DNA of 64,000 nucleotides, taken from assembly GCA_048939625.1 (NCBI GenBank), contig JBHLPH010000006.1, positions 48,650 through 112,649 on the forward strand. Reading direction: 5' to 3'. Under the pieces are notes generated by a model, which saw only the letters and a program-made list of their open reading frames with translations, was not told the origin of the DNA and did no database searches. This document shows positions 1 through 9,218 of this stretch, one piece after another (positions within the stretch are counted from its first letter, which is position 1; every line of letters begins with the position of its first letter). The position numbers were made by a program, and so were the translations under genes. The DNA comes from Promethearchaeota archaeon. GTDB lineage: Archaea > Asgardarchaeota > Hermodarchaeia > Hermodarchaeales > Hermodarchaeaceae.

Positions 1-276
1 ACGGACCGTTGTATCCGGCTCTTGTAGAATAGTCTTCAGCTGGTCAACATTGTATATTCCAGAATCTACTTGAAATAAAGCAACTATGTAATCACGGACC
101 GTTTCAGTATGACGAGTGAACGCCTGAAGAACAGAAATCATCATTTTTCTCTCTCAATTAGTATGTAAAGGCGTTTCGGAGGTCATGCTAGAGGTTGCAT
201 ATTAGTTAAGAACAGATTATCCACTTTTTTGCTATAAGCTTAGGGGGTTTTTGTGCCTAATTGACACTCATTTAGT

Positions 277-1614
277 GTGAAAACCATACCCAGCCAAGCA
301 CCAAACCTACTCTCAAGAAAAGAAAAAACACCCTTCCCACGACCAAGTCCGGATGATATTTTTCACCACATCGAAACTAAACGAGCCCGTTTAATCGCAG
401 TATTGGGAGACCTAATTCGCATACCGACGGTTGTTCCACCCGGAAGCAATTACGAAGAAATCGTTACTTACCTTGAAACCCAACTCCAGAAACTAAAATT
501 CCAAACCAAACGCGTTATTGTGCCAACAGAAGAAATCGCAAAAATCCCACTTCCGTTAGAAGGTCCACGAATTAATCTAGTTGCCCGACAAACCCATCAG
601 CGCCAAGAAGTCGTAACGATTTATGCGCACATGGATGTCGTTCCAACCGAAGAGCCTTGGACAAAAGACCCATTCAATCCCGTGGTTGAAGACGGCAAGC
701 TCTTTGGACGTGGCGCTATTGATATGAAAGGCAGCATCGCAGTCATTCTGTTAGCTATGGAAGTCATTCACGAGCTTAAGCTTCGACCCCATTTTAATTT
801 GGTGTGCACCTTCTGTACAGACGAAGAAATTGGCATGTATCCCGGTATCTTCCATCTTGCAAAGGAGGGGTATGTTCAAGGTCATGTTATCAACACTGAA
901 CTTGGTGGTCAGGTCCCAGTTATTGTCGCTGGTGTTGCTGGAAATGTGGATGTGACACTAACAGTAAAGGGTCGAAGCTGTCATTCGGGGATGAACTTCA
1001 TGGGCATCAATGCTATTGAAGCAACGATTCCGATTCTCACCGAGCTCCTGAAACTGAAAAACGAAGTTGAAAAACGCGAATCAGCTATACCACTTATTCC
1101 GCTTTTACGATCACTCGGAGCACCTTCCGATAAGGTCACGCCCATGTTTAATATCGACATTATCCAAGGAGGAACGAAGAGCAACATCGTTCCAGCGGAA
1201 TGTCAGGTTGTCATCAATCGTCGCTACATTCCGGAAGAAACCTATGAACAAGTCGTTGAAGAAATCAAACAAGCCATTACCCGCGGAAAAACGAACAGTA
1301 AAGCCGTCAGTGTTGAGACAGCTATTATTCACACCTATCGTCCATTCAAAGCCGATACAACCAGCCAGCACGCATTGAAGATGCGAGAGGCGCTCAAAGC
1401 CGTTCACAATTATCAAGACAGCGACTTCATCTTCGGGGGTGGAGCTGCTTCAACGGATATGGGCTTCATCACCCAAGGGTGTGGCATTGACAAAATCATT
1501 GGCATCGGTGCAGCATCGCTTGATAATCTTTCAGCCCACAAGCCGGATGAATGGGTGCGCATTGATGATCTCATCAATATGGCTAAGCAGCTAGTCCACT
1601 ACCTTTGCCTTTAG
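277..1614 (+). CDS. M20 family (ArgE/DapE-like) metallopeptidase/deacylase
   Basis: YAHMDVVP, GRGAIDMKG, DEE, GRSCHSG and AHKPDE M20 motifs. Confidence 0.9.
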   Translation: MKTIPSQAPNLLSRKEKTPFPRPSPDDIFHHIETKRARLIAVLGDLIRIPTVVPPGSNYEEIVTYLETQLQKLKFQTKRVIVPTEEIAKIPLPLEGPRINLVARQTHQRQEVVTIYAHMDVVPTEEPWTKDPFNPVVEDGKLFGRGAIDMKGSIAVILLAMEVIHELKLRPHFNLVCTFCTDEEIGMYPGIFHLAKEGYVQGHVINTELGGQVPVIVAGVAGNVDVTLTVKGRSCHSGMNFMGINAIEATIPILTELLKLKNEVEKRESAIPLIPLLRSLGAPSDKVTPMFNIDIIQGGTKSNIVPAECQVVINRRYIPEETYEQVVEEIKQAITRGKTNSKAVSVETAIIHTYRPFKADTTSQHALKMREALKAVHNYQDSDFIFGGGAASTDMGFITQGCGIDKIIGIGAASLDNLSAHKPDEWVRIDDLINMAKQLVHYLCL

Positions 1615-1742
1615 TTCTGGCTTTACCGCGTGTCTATGCCACAACTATTTTAGACCTTCAAAAATGCGCAAAAAACTTAGTTCAGTGATGCCTTATCCAA
1701 CAACTTAATTGATGAAATCCGTTAAGCTTGGAGCGAGATTCA

Positions 1743-2636
1743 ATGGCAAAAGAATTCTTGGAACCCATTACTGACCAGATATTCCTCGTTCAAGGCGAGA
1801 ATGAAGGCCGATTTCCTCGAGCTCACTCAGTCCTTATTTTAGCAGAAGAAACAGTATTAATCGATACTGGCTGTGGGATTGCCCGGTTAGAAGCACTCAA
1901 CCGTGAATTTGAGATTGATTGCGTTATCAATTCACATACACATGTCGATCACTCCGCAGGAAACTGGGTATTCCAAGATCTTCGTATTTTTGTCCCCCAA
2001 GAAGCCTTTAGCACAAGTGGTGATCTCATCGGACTTTCCAAACGATTTGTCGGTGATGTCCTTGCACCAATTTGGCGACGATTTGCCCAAACCCAGATGG
2101 GATTCCAAAACTGTCGGCCCACGCATAGCTATAATGAAAATACACCCTTCCAATTTGGGCAGATAGTTCTCACACCGCTATATACACCAGGACATACGAT
2201 TGACCATTACTGCCTTTACTATGAACCGAAGCGCATTCTGTTTTCCTTTGATTATGACCTCACCTCGTTTCCTTGGTATGGCCACGAAGAATCTAGCTTG
2301 AAAAAGTTTCGCCAATCGATCGCTCGTCTGAAGCAGATACCCACCAAAATGGTGGTCTCCTCTCACCGAGGAATCATAACTTCAAAAATTTCTTCCGAAT
2401 GGAAGACATATTCCGGTCGACTCGATGAGCGGAATGTTAGAATCCTCGATTTACTCGATTCGCCTAAAACATTAGACCAGCTAGTTGAATCTAAACCAAT
2501 CTATGGACGATTTCCATATCAAGAACCCCTTTTGCGATACTGGGAGCGAATTATGATTCGGCTTCACCTAGAAGAACTCCAAGAAGTTGGTAAAATTCAA
2601 CTCCAAAATGATAGATTCAGTCTTCAAAAAAAGTGA
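1743..2636 (+). CDS. MBL-fold metallo-hydrolase with C-terminal winged-helix-like domain
   Basis: LIDTG, SHTHVDHSAG (HxHxDH), TPGHT and SSH motifs; start set at ATG 1743 after GGAG. Confidence 0.85.
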   Translation: MAKEFLEPITDQIFLVQGENEGRFPRAHSVLILAEETVLIDTGCGIARLEALNREFEIDCVINSHTHVDHSAGNWVFQDLRIFVPQEAFSTSGDLIGLSKRFVGDVLAPIWRRFAQTQMGFQNCRPTHSYNENTPFQFGQIVLTPLYTPGHTIDHYCLYYEPKRILFSFDYDLTSFPWYGHEESSLKKFRQSIARLKQIPTKMVVSSHRGIITSKISSEWKTYSGRLDERNVRILDLLDSPKTLDQLVESKPIYGRFPYQEPLLRYWERIMIRLHLEELQEVGKIQLQNDRFSLQKK

Positions 2637-2638
2637 GC

Positions 2639-2661
2639 GAGGGGAGATGAGCTCTCCCCTC
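2639..2661. terminator. Hairpin between convergent genes
   Basis: GAGGGGAGA-tgagc-TCTCCCCTC, a perfect 9-bp inverted repeat between the stops at 2636 and 2709. Confidence 0.55.
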
Positions 2662-2708
2662 CAATTGTGTCGGATAGGCGGAACATTCCCTTTGCCATTC
2701 TAACGATG

Positions 2709-2951
2709 TCACTTTGGTAATATTGTATACTCAGCATTGCTTGCATAAGTGCCATCCCAACCAAGGAAGCCCCAGTCAAATCCGTTAAAAGGTTCACTTT
2801 CAACAATTCCAGGGATTCCCGGTCCTGGCCCAATGCGGGGTAGAAGCGTTGGTCGAATTGCGATCGCTACACCCATAGGAACGATAACCATGGCAAAAAG
2901 GAAGATAAACCCGATTCCGAGCAAGAGGATTTTCTTTGTTTTCAGTTTCAT
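2709..2951 (-). CDS. Small secreted peptide (80 aa; signal peptide plus ~50 aa Gly/Pro/aromatic-rich mature part)
   Basis: GGAGGG RBS before ATG; KLKTKK n-region, hydrophobic h-region, VAIA c-region. Confidence 0.7.
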   Translation of the reverse strand: MKLKTKKILLLGIGFIFLFAMVIVPMGVAIAIRPTLLPRIGPGPGIPGIVESEPFNGFDWGFLGWDGTYASNAEYTILPK

Positions 2952-3144
2952 TTACAAATCCCTCCTGAGGATTGCCACCTTAATGAGGAAGCAACCCAGT
3001 TGGTTGGTGACTAATCTTACCTCAGAATCGCATATCAATCGACGGGAGCTAATTTGTGCAAAAAAACGCAGAAATCAGTTTCAGAGAGACGATTTTTGCA
3101 CCGGTCGGTATAAATCCTGGTTTTTGACCAAAAAGGAGCAGGAG

Positions 3145-4098
3145 CTAAGTCTCAAGTAGAGAGTTAAGCTGATTTTGACCCAGTCCCGGAAATTTTCGAT
3201 GAGGGAACATAACCATGGTGTGAACTACGGTACTATATGGAGACTCCTTGAGTTCCAGATCAATTGCTTCCACATGATGTAAGGTATCGACGGCAAAATC
3301 AAGGAGCAGAGTGGGTTCATCACTTAGAAGATATGAGGTCCAATATTCTAGCGGGTATCGCTGCTCAAGCCAAGCAACCAACTTTCTGGGACTAGTATTC
3401 TCTGCATTATAACGGATACGACTTCGAAACTCGATTTGATTACCAGCGCTGCGAAGCCATTCAAGTGTAAAACGTAAAGTGCCCGAATTTTGTAATTGGC
3501 GAAGCACCATGCGAACACGCTTGGCGCTCATCTCTGTTCTTCGAGCCATATCTACGACTGGCATCCGTGGATTTTCTCGCAGACACCTTAATACATTCAA
3601 TTTAATTTTCGTGAAATCAAAGTTTAAGGCCTGAGGTTTTGAATGCACTTCTTTTGTGATATGGGGATGCATTTCGATGACATCATGAATTTCGACATCA
3701 GACACACGATCAAGACCACGGAGAAATTGTCCAAAGTTCACGGTTCCCATGTTACCTCGAACTTCCGCTTCCACATCATAGGTGCCATCCGCCAAACGTG
3801 AGACTAACCGAACGACCGGACTTTGCCCAATTTGGTGAATGAATTCATGTGCATCTTCGGATCCGAGGGTTGATACCTCAGCTATGACCAAGTGGGCCCC
3901 AAGAGCCTCTGAGTTGAGTTCAACGAGAAACCGCTGAATTACTCCTAACTCAATCAGCTTTTCAATGCGGCTTCGAATCGTTTTACTCGACACTTCTAAT
4001 TTTCGTGCTAGTGCTCGAAAGGACTGCCGACAATTGCCTTCTAATTCGGCTATAATACCTTTATCAACCAGGTCCACGGGGGTCACCGAACCCTCCAA
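3145..4098 (-). CDS. Tandem-duplicated Lrp/AsnC-type transcriptional regulator (HTH-RAM-HTH-RAM)
   Basis: DLVDKGIIAELEGNCRQSFRALARKL and a second HTH, VLRCLRENPRMPVVDMARRT; true start probably GTG 4086 (TTGGAGGG reads as an RBS). Confidence 0.85.
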   Translation of the reverse strand: MEGSVTPVDLVDKGIIAELEGNCRQSFRALARKLEVSSKTIRSRIEKLIELGVIQRFLVELNSEALGAHLVIAEVSTLGSEDAHEFIHQIGQSPVVRLVSRLADGTYDVEAEVRGNMGTVNFGQFLRGLDRVSDVEIHDVIEMHPHITKEVHSKPQALNFDFTKIKLNVLRCLRENPRMPVVDMARRTEMSAKRVRMVLRQLQNSGTLRFTLEWLRSAGNQIEFRSRIRYNAENTSPRKLVAWLEQRYPLEYWTSYLLSDEPTLLLDFAVDTLHHVEAIDLELKESPYSTVVHTMVMFPHRKFPGLGQNQLNSLLET

Positions 4099-4321
4099 CT
4101 AACTGTACATTCAGGTTAAAGAGGTATATATCCATTCATGTTCACGGTTTCTAGCCATGTAAGCCCCGAAAACAGGATTTTACACCGGATTGTTCAAAAA
4201 TGGGTAAAAAATTGGTTAGCAAAGTTCATTCTTGAACCTCTAAGCTCCCCTTGATTGATATGTGATGCCGCCTTTGGGTTACATGTTCTCAAGAACCTCA
4301 TAATTGGATGGTGATGGAAAA

Positions 4322-4585
4322 ATGGCAACCAAAGATTTGGGACATGAACCGCAGCAACTTACTCAAATTCCTCAGGACGAGAAAGAGCAAATCGTTTACA
4401 ATTGGGTGTACGTAACAGAGAAAGGCTATGATATTGATGTGCAAGTGACTGTAGTAGGTCAAGAATTGTTCACGATTGATACGCCCTGGTATCGCGCACA
4501 AGTAAGAACCTACGATTTAGTTGACACTGTTGTTCGCTTCTGTCAATCCATGTATGGATTAGGTGTTCTGACTGTAATTATCTAA
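4322..4585 (+). CDS. Hypothetical protein, divergent from the Lrp regulator
   Basis: ORF with GGTGA RBS filling the intergenic gap; no recognised motif. Confidence 0.5.
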   Translation: MATKDLGHEPQQLTQIPQDEKEQIVYNWVYVTEKGYDIDVQVTVVGQELFTIDTPWYRAQVRTYDLVDTVVRFCQSMYGLGVLTVII

Positions 4586-4618
4586 TAACGGCAACAGACA
4601 TAAGTTTCTGAGAACTCT

Positions 4619-4652
4619 AAAAAAAGAAACAGGAGGAGGCAAGGCCTCCCAT
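4619..4652 (-). terminator. GGAGGC/GCCTCC hairpin plus T-tract
   Basis: Minus strand reads atgggaggccttgcctcctcctgtttcttttttt, just after the stop at 4679. Confidence 0.55.
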
Positions 4653-4678
4653 GAATTGTTAGTTTGTTTTAATTAGCT

Positions 4679-5127
4679 CTAAAGAATGATGATTTTGTTC
4701 GCATCGGGTGGTGCAAAGTCCCAGACATCATTTGTATTTCCGCAGTGAACAACAAAATTATCACTGGAGTATGGACCAAGTCAGATTCCTGCAACTGTTT
4801 CAGGATCAATGAAGAAAGGCCAATCATAATAGTAAGGCACCACTTCAAGAGTTTGTTCATTGACATCGTTGAAGAAGATCTTATTGCCACTGCCACCATC
4901 AGTAAGTGTTCCCCAAAATGGAGTCCAAGCTTCACCCCAGAGTCCGAAATAAATGCCCATAAAGCCATGACCAGAAATTGTATTACCAGCTATCCGGAAT
5001 CATAGAGCCAGGCATCAAAGATCCCGCCACCTGTTGCGTCATCCAGATAAATATCGTTGCAGAGAATGTAGGACCTAAGGGAATGGATTCCTGTAAAACC
5101 ATAAGTCCAATCGACTAATACAAACAT
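4679..5127 (-). pseudogene. Decayed parallel beta-helix (NosD/CASH-like) protein fragment
   Basis: Reconstructed reading: ...SYILCNDIYLDDATGGGIFDAWLYDS/[frameshift ~4993]IAGNTISGHGFMGIYFG...AGI*LGPYSSDNFVVH...; in-frame TGA at 4781-4783. Confidence 0.6.
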
Positions 5128-5141
5128 GTCAGATTCGAAAG

Positions 5142-5576
5142 CTAATTCGCCTTCAATTTTGGTGGTTTACATTGAGTGAATAAGGTCTTGCTAGGTTCTT
5201 TGTCAAAATAATATGAAGCAACCCAGACACCCTCATCGCTAAAGAGATCTAGATTAAACCCGATTGTTTGGAGATTTAGAAGATATTGAAACAGCAGAAT
5301 TGTTTCTTCAAGGGTTAGACGAAGTTCAGGTTGATTGAGTGTGGTCATCTCATTGGATGATAAGTTGGCATCTAGCCCCCACATCTTTTCAGGAAGAATC
5401 ACCTCGATATCCATCCGGATTCGCTCTGGTTCATCTGATTGTCGGACGAGGAGGATTCGGATTCGATTGGTTTCTTGTACAGTGACAGCCATTTCAGAGA
5501 TTTGATTAAACACGAGTTCATCTTCATGAATGGAACGCAGTCGCCTGTATTCTTTAATCAAATCCGAAAACCTCAT
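5142..5576 (-). CDS. Hypothetical protein
   Basis: 144-aa ORF with AGGAG RBS and normal composition. Confidence 0.7.
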   Translation of the reverse strand: MRFSDLIKEYRRLRSIHEDELVFNQISEMAVTVQETNRIRILLVRQSDEPERIRMDIEVILPEKMWGLDANLSSNEMTTLNQPELRLTLEETILLFQYLLNLQTIGFNLDLFSDEGVWVASYYFDKEPSKTLFTQCKPPKLKAN

Positions 5577-5922
5577 GTCATCCTAGCTCCTTGTGGGGTC
5601 GCCCCTCCAATTGCGTGGATAATAAGCGTAAAGAATGACTGGTGAGGGTGGGTTTTCTATTGACCGGTACTAGGGAGGGTCAAAAAAGTCTGCAAACAGA
5701 AGAAACATGGCTGTTCTGGAACGTGAACCCGTGCTAAATGGAACCCCACTGATTCTGGTAAAGAAATCGCTCAGAGGCAAGGCTTTTTATAGGGGTGAAC
5801 GTTTGGCAGGTGTATCAGCACCCAATGGCGAATTGTGTTTGGGAAAAAATCCAGGTATGGTAGAGTCCCGAGTTACGTTCTCTTTTTGGATCCTGATTTG
5901 ATATAGACACGTGGTACCGAAA

Positions 5923-6420
5923 ATGAGCTACGATAGAGAGCCTGTTGAGGCAACAGTCGCAGACCTGCGACCCAGTATGAAAAGTTTGAACATCACCTTC
6001 AAAGTCGTCGAAAAAGGCGAAGAACGCGAAGTCACCTCCCGCAAAGACGGGGAAACCCATCGTGTTCTTGATGCTGTCGCCGGTGACTCCACTGGCACCG
6101 TTATTCTTAGTTTGTGGGACGATATGATCGACACCGTCGAACAAGACAAAAGTTACCGCTTAGAAAACGGTTACACCAGCTTGTTCCAAGGCCACCTCCG
6201 ATTGAACATCGGACGCTATGGTGAACTAAAAGACACAGACAGTGAAATCGAAGAAATCGACATGGACAACGATCTCTCCGCTGCCGAACACGAACGCCCC
6301 CCACGCCGCTATGGCGGCTATAGTCGGGGTTATAGTGGCGGTGGTGGTGGTTATCGTCGTGGTGGCGGCGGTTCACGCCGTGGCGGACGAGACCGAGATC
6401 GCGGTCGTGGTCGATACTAA
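5923..6420 (+). CDS. ssb: Single-stranded DNA-binding protein (crenarchaeal-type single OB fold) with Gly/Arg/Tyr-rich tail
   Basis: VADLRP...GDSTGTVILSLWD...ENGYTSLFQGHLRLNIGRYG; RGG-rich C-terminus. Confidence 0.9.
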   Translation: MSYDREPVEATVADLRPSMKSLNITFKVVEKGEEREVTSRKDGETHRVLDAVAGDSTGTVILSLWDDMIDTVEQDKSYRLENGYTSLFQGHLRLNIGRYGELKDTDSEIEEIDMDNDLSAAEHERPPRRYGGYSRGYSGGGGGYRRGGGGSRRGGRDRDRGRGRY

Positions 6421-6518
6421 TCTACGAACACACACGGAGGCACAGCCACAAAATATTCTGGCATGACCTCCCGTTTTCTTTTTTTAAAAAAGCCTGCAAA
6501 AATCCTAGGAAAAAGGTG

Positions 6519-6989
6519 TTAGTTCGATTCACGATCAATTCGTGACCATTTGAAGCCACGAGACCGGCGAACAGGTGGATTGCGACGGTTTGGGATTCGT
6601 TTGTTTCCCTTTGAATCTTGTGATGATGAGCGAGACTTTGAGGATAAATTCCGTTCGGTATTTACTTCAGAGATTGGGTTGACTGCTGGTTCGAGTTTTC
6701 CGTTTCGTCCCAGACTGACTTGTAATCGTCCTTGAAATAGACCTGATTGCCCCCCAATGATCCGAAACGCCTTCCCATCTTCAATTTGGGTAATCTCTTC
6801 ATCCCATAATGTTAAGAGCATAACACCGGTTTCATCGCCGATAAGCACATCGGCAACTTGATGGTTGGAGCCATCACTGCGGCTTTTGACCTTCCGGATG
6901 GCTTGGGTTTTTAGAACTTGAAATTTAATCGTGATTCCTCGTTGATAGGGCTGGAGATGGACGAGTTTCTGTGCTTGCTTACTTGACAC
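6519..6989 (-). CDS. ssb: Second single-OB SSB paralog with a basic tail
   Basis: VADVLIGDETGVMLLTLWD...LFQGRLQVSLGRNG; start inferred at GTG 6989. Confidence 0.8.
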   Translation of the reverse strand: MSSKQAQKLVHLQPYQRGITIKFQVLKTQAIRKVKSRSDGSNHQVADVLIGDETGVMLLTLWDEEITQIEDGKAFRIIGGQSGLFQGRLQVSLGRNGKLEPAVNPISEVNTERNLSSKSRSSSQDSKGNKRIPNRRNPPVRRSRGFKWSRIDRESN

Positions 6990-7169
6990 AACAATGACCT
7001 TTCGTGAGGTTGCTGATCTGCGAGTCCAAAAAGCCGCCGTGACCCACAGATACACCACACGCGAGTAAGTAGCTAAGAGCCGCGAAACTTTCGAATAACA
7101 GACCGAAAGACTGATTCTCGAAGCCCCTTAAATATCTACCCCGTTATTCAGATGCTGAATCCTTGCTGT

Positions 7170-8006
7170 TCATTCTGAGTCCTTTATTTCCTCACCCGGT
7201 GTGATGATCACCTTTTTCTGACGCCGTCGCCAGACAAGGAAACCGCCAACCACCAAACATAACCCGATAGCCCACGGGGTGACTAACAAGACCATCGGCA
7301 GCTCATCATCATATGGTGGTGGGGGTGGTCCATTATCGGGATTATTGTCAACGCGAATGTTGTCAATCCATTGGTGAGAGGTCGTGTAATTGTGCCAGAA
7401 TGAGATAAAGAAAAATGCGGAGGCACTGAAAGTGTTTTCGTGAACGGGCCAATTATCGATAAAGATCTCGTTGGTCGTCCGATTCAGCCAGACATAGAGG
7501 TACCCGTCGTAGCGGCGGACGATTTCAACGTGCATCATCTCATAAATCGATCGTGAATCATCTCCCAGTGTTGTGTTTTTGTAGCCATCCATGATTCGAC
7601 GAACATTGTTCTCCATGAGCACGAGTTGATATTCACCCCTTTCTGTTCGCAAGTAATATCCATTGCTGGGATAATCGAGATTGGCCACATCGAGTGCGAT
7701 GAAGAAGACCTCCCAACCACCGTGCAAGTACGTGTCCCACGAATAGATGTCAAAACTCCAGAAACCATAGGCATTGGTACTGGCACGAGATGCGTAATTT
7801 TGATAATCACCTGTGGCGTAGAGCCGATCTTGTGGATACCCCTCCGGCACCATTGTGAACCCTCCAATGTATACAGTCCAGTCCTCGAGAGTTCCATCGA
7901 ACTCCTCAATCCATTGGAGAATCGCGATGCGGGAATCAGGGATTGTAAATCTCACAAAAAGCAATGTAGCTAGAAACAAAACCGGGAAAAGCAGCCTTTT
8001 CTTCAC
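7170..8006 (-). CDS. Single-pass surface protein, paralog 1 (ConA/LamG-like beta-sandwich ectodomain, Pro linker, conserved TM and tail)
   Basis: Signal peptide; WIEEFDGTLEDWT, YGFWSFDIY, WIDNIRVDNNP; C-terminal VLLVTPWAIGLC...WRRRQKKVIITPGEE; fold call is inference. Confidence 0.75.
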   Translation of the reverse strand: MKKRLLFPVLFLATLLFVRFTIPDSRIAILQWIEEFDGTLEDWTVYIGGFTMVPEGYPQDRLYATGDYQNYASRASTNAYGFWSFDIYSWDTYLHGGWEVFFIALDVANLDYPSNGYYLRTERGEYQLVLMENNVRRIMDGYKNTTLGDDSRSIYEMMHVEIVRRYDGYLYVWLNRTTNEIFIDNWPVHENTFSASAFFFISFWHNYTTSHQWIDNIRVDNNPDNGPPPPPYDDELPMVLLVTPWAIGLCLVVGGFLVWRRRQKKVIITPGEEIKDSE

Positions 8007-8143
8007 GTACAAGCCCTCCAACCTGACAGGAAATATGTTATCGTCTCTTTTGTGTTGGTTTGATTTAAGTGGCTGTGAGTTATTGGGGTCATAAAAGTGC
8101 CGAAAAAAAGTAAAAATCGTCTTATTTGTAACCCTGCCCCGTA

Positions 8144-9127
8144 TTATTCAGGTAGTTGGAGGGTGTCCCAGAACGCTTCGTTAAGTCCGGGATAGAATCG
8201 ATGCTGATAATGGATGATTTGTTTGACGGAAACAACCCCGGGAGCCGCTCTGACGGCTCTGATGAGTTCAGGGGTCTGGCTCATGTATTCAAGCAGAAAC
8301 AAGGTAAAAATCACCGGCTCTGAGGCACTAGCAAAAGTGTACCAGATTTCCAAGGGATATCGCTGTTGCAACCACTCCACAAGCGCCCATCTCGCATCCG
8401 AGCCCCCCTGATACCCTATACGGACTAAAAACCGAGTATACCCCGTTGCCGCCACATCTGAATCAATGCGCGCATGAAAACACGCCAGGTTGGACAGCCG
8501 ATCGCCTACGCCTTTGGCTTTCACCCAAAACTCAGAAGTGGATCCCTCACGAAGAAGTAACTTATCGAGAATCCGCCGTACCCGTCGAGGGCTAAATCCC
8601 GAACGTTGACTGATTTCCTTGATTTGCATCCGCAAATCATGCCTGAGGCACGCCAAGACATGCACATCTTCAGGTTTGAGTTCGCATTTTTGGCCCCGTT
8701 GAACGACGAGCGTATGAAACTCAACTTCCGATATTTCTGGTTGTTCATGAAGAAAGTTGGTGAGTTCATCCAAGCCCTTAGACCCCTTATACATTCCCCA
8801 ACAGAGAAGATCCCCATCAGCAAGAATGGTTATTATGTCAATCATAGGACACGCGCCAAGCCGGTTCAGAAGGGCTTCGTTAGTCGTTGAGTCTGTGGTG
8901 GTGAGAAACGCCCAGAAGTATTCAGCATCCAGCATGGCCAGCGACGGATAAATCGTGAACCGAAGAATCACCTTGTTTTCAAGGAGGCGATCATAGCGTT
9001 TTTTCACCGAGGTAACCGACAGATTCAGCCTCCGAGCCAAAGCATGGAACGAAATCCGACCGTTTTCTATCAATGCCATGACAATATCCTTATCGATTTG
9101 GTCCACACATACCACCAAGAAACCCAA
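8144..9127 (-). CDS. Tandem Lrp/AsnC-type regulator
   Basis: DQIDKDIVMALIENGRISFHALARRL plus second HTH VLACLRHDLRMQIKEISQRSG. Confidence 0.85.
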   Translation of the reverse strand: MGFLVVCVDQIDKDIVMALIENGRISFHALARRLNLSVTSVKKRYDRLLENKVILRFTIYPSLAMLDAEYFWAFLTTTDSTTNEALLNRLGACPMIDIITILADGDLLCWGMYKGSKGLDELTNFLHEQPEISEVEFHTLVVQRGQKCELKPEDVHVLACLRHDLRMQIKEISQRSGFSPRRVRRILDKLLLREGSTSEFWVKAKGVGDRLSNLACFHARIDSDVAATGYTRFLVRIGYQGGSDARWALVEWLQQRYPLEIWYTFASASEPVIFTLFLLEYMSQTPELIRAVRAAPGVVSVKQIIHYQHRFYPGLNEAFWDTLQLPE

Positions 9128-9218
9128 GCATCACTCCTACACGCTAATAGGGTAAATAGTCAGCGGTGTAATTCTCTTTGAAAGATCAAATAAGACCAAA
9201 AAATAGTTCTATAGTCGA

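Noticed and set aside
1-103. ACGGACCGTT repeated at 1 and 94 as the end of a CRISPR array or other repeat
   Set aside because: Only 10 bp, two copies, 83-bp spacing; cannot be judged at the window edge
4781-4783. In-frame TGA as selenocysteine
   Set aside because: The context (AGI*LG) fits Trp rather than a redox Cys, a frameshift lies nearby, and I saw no SECIS-like core
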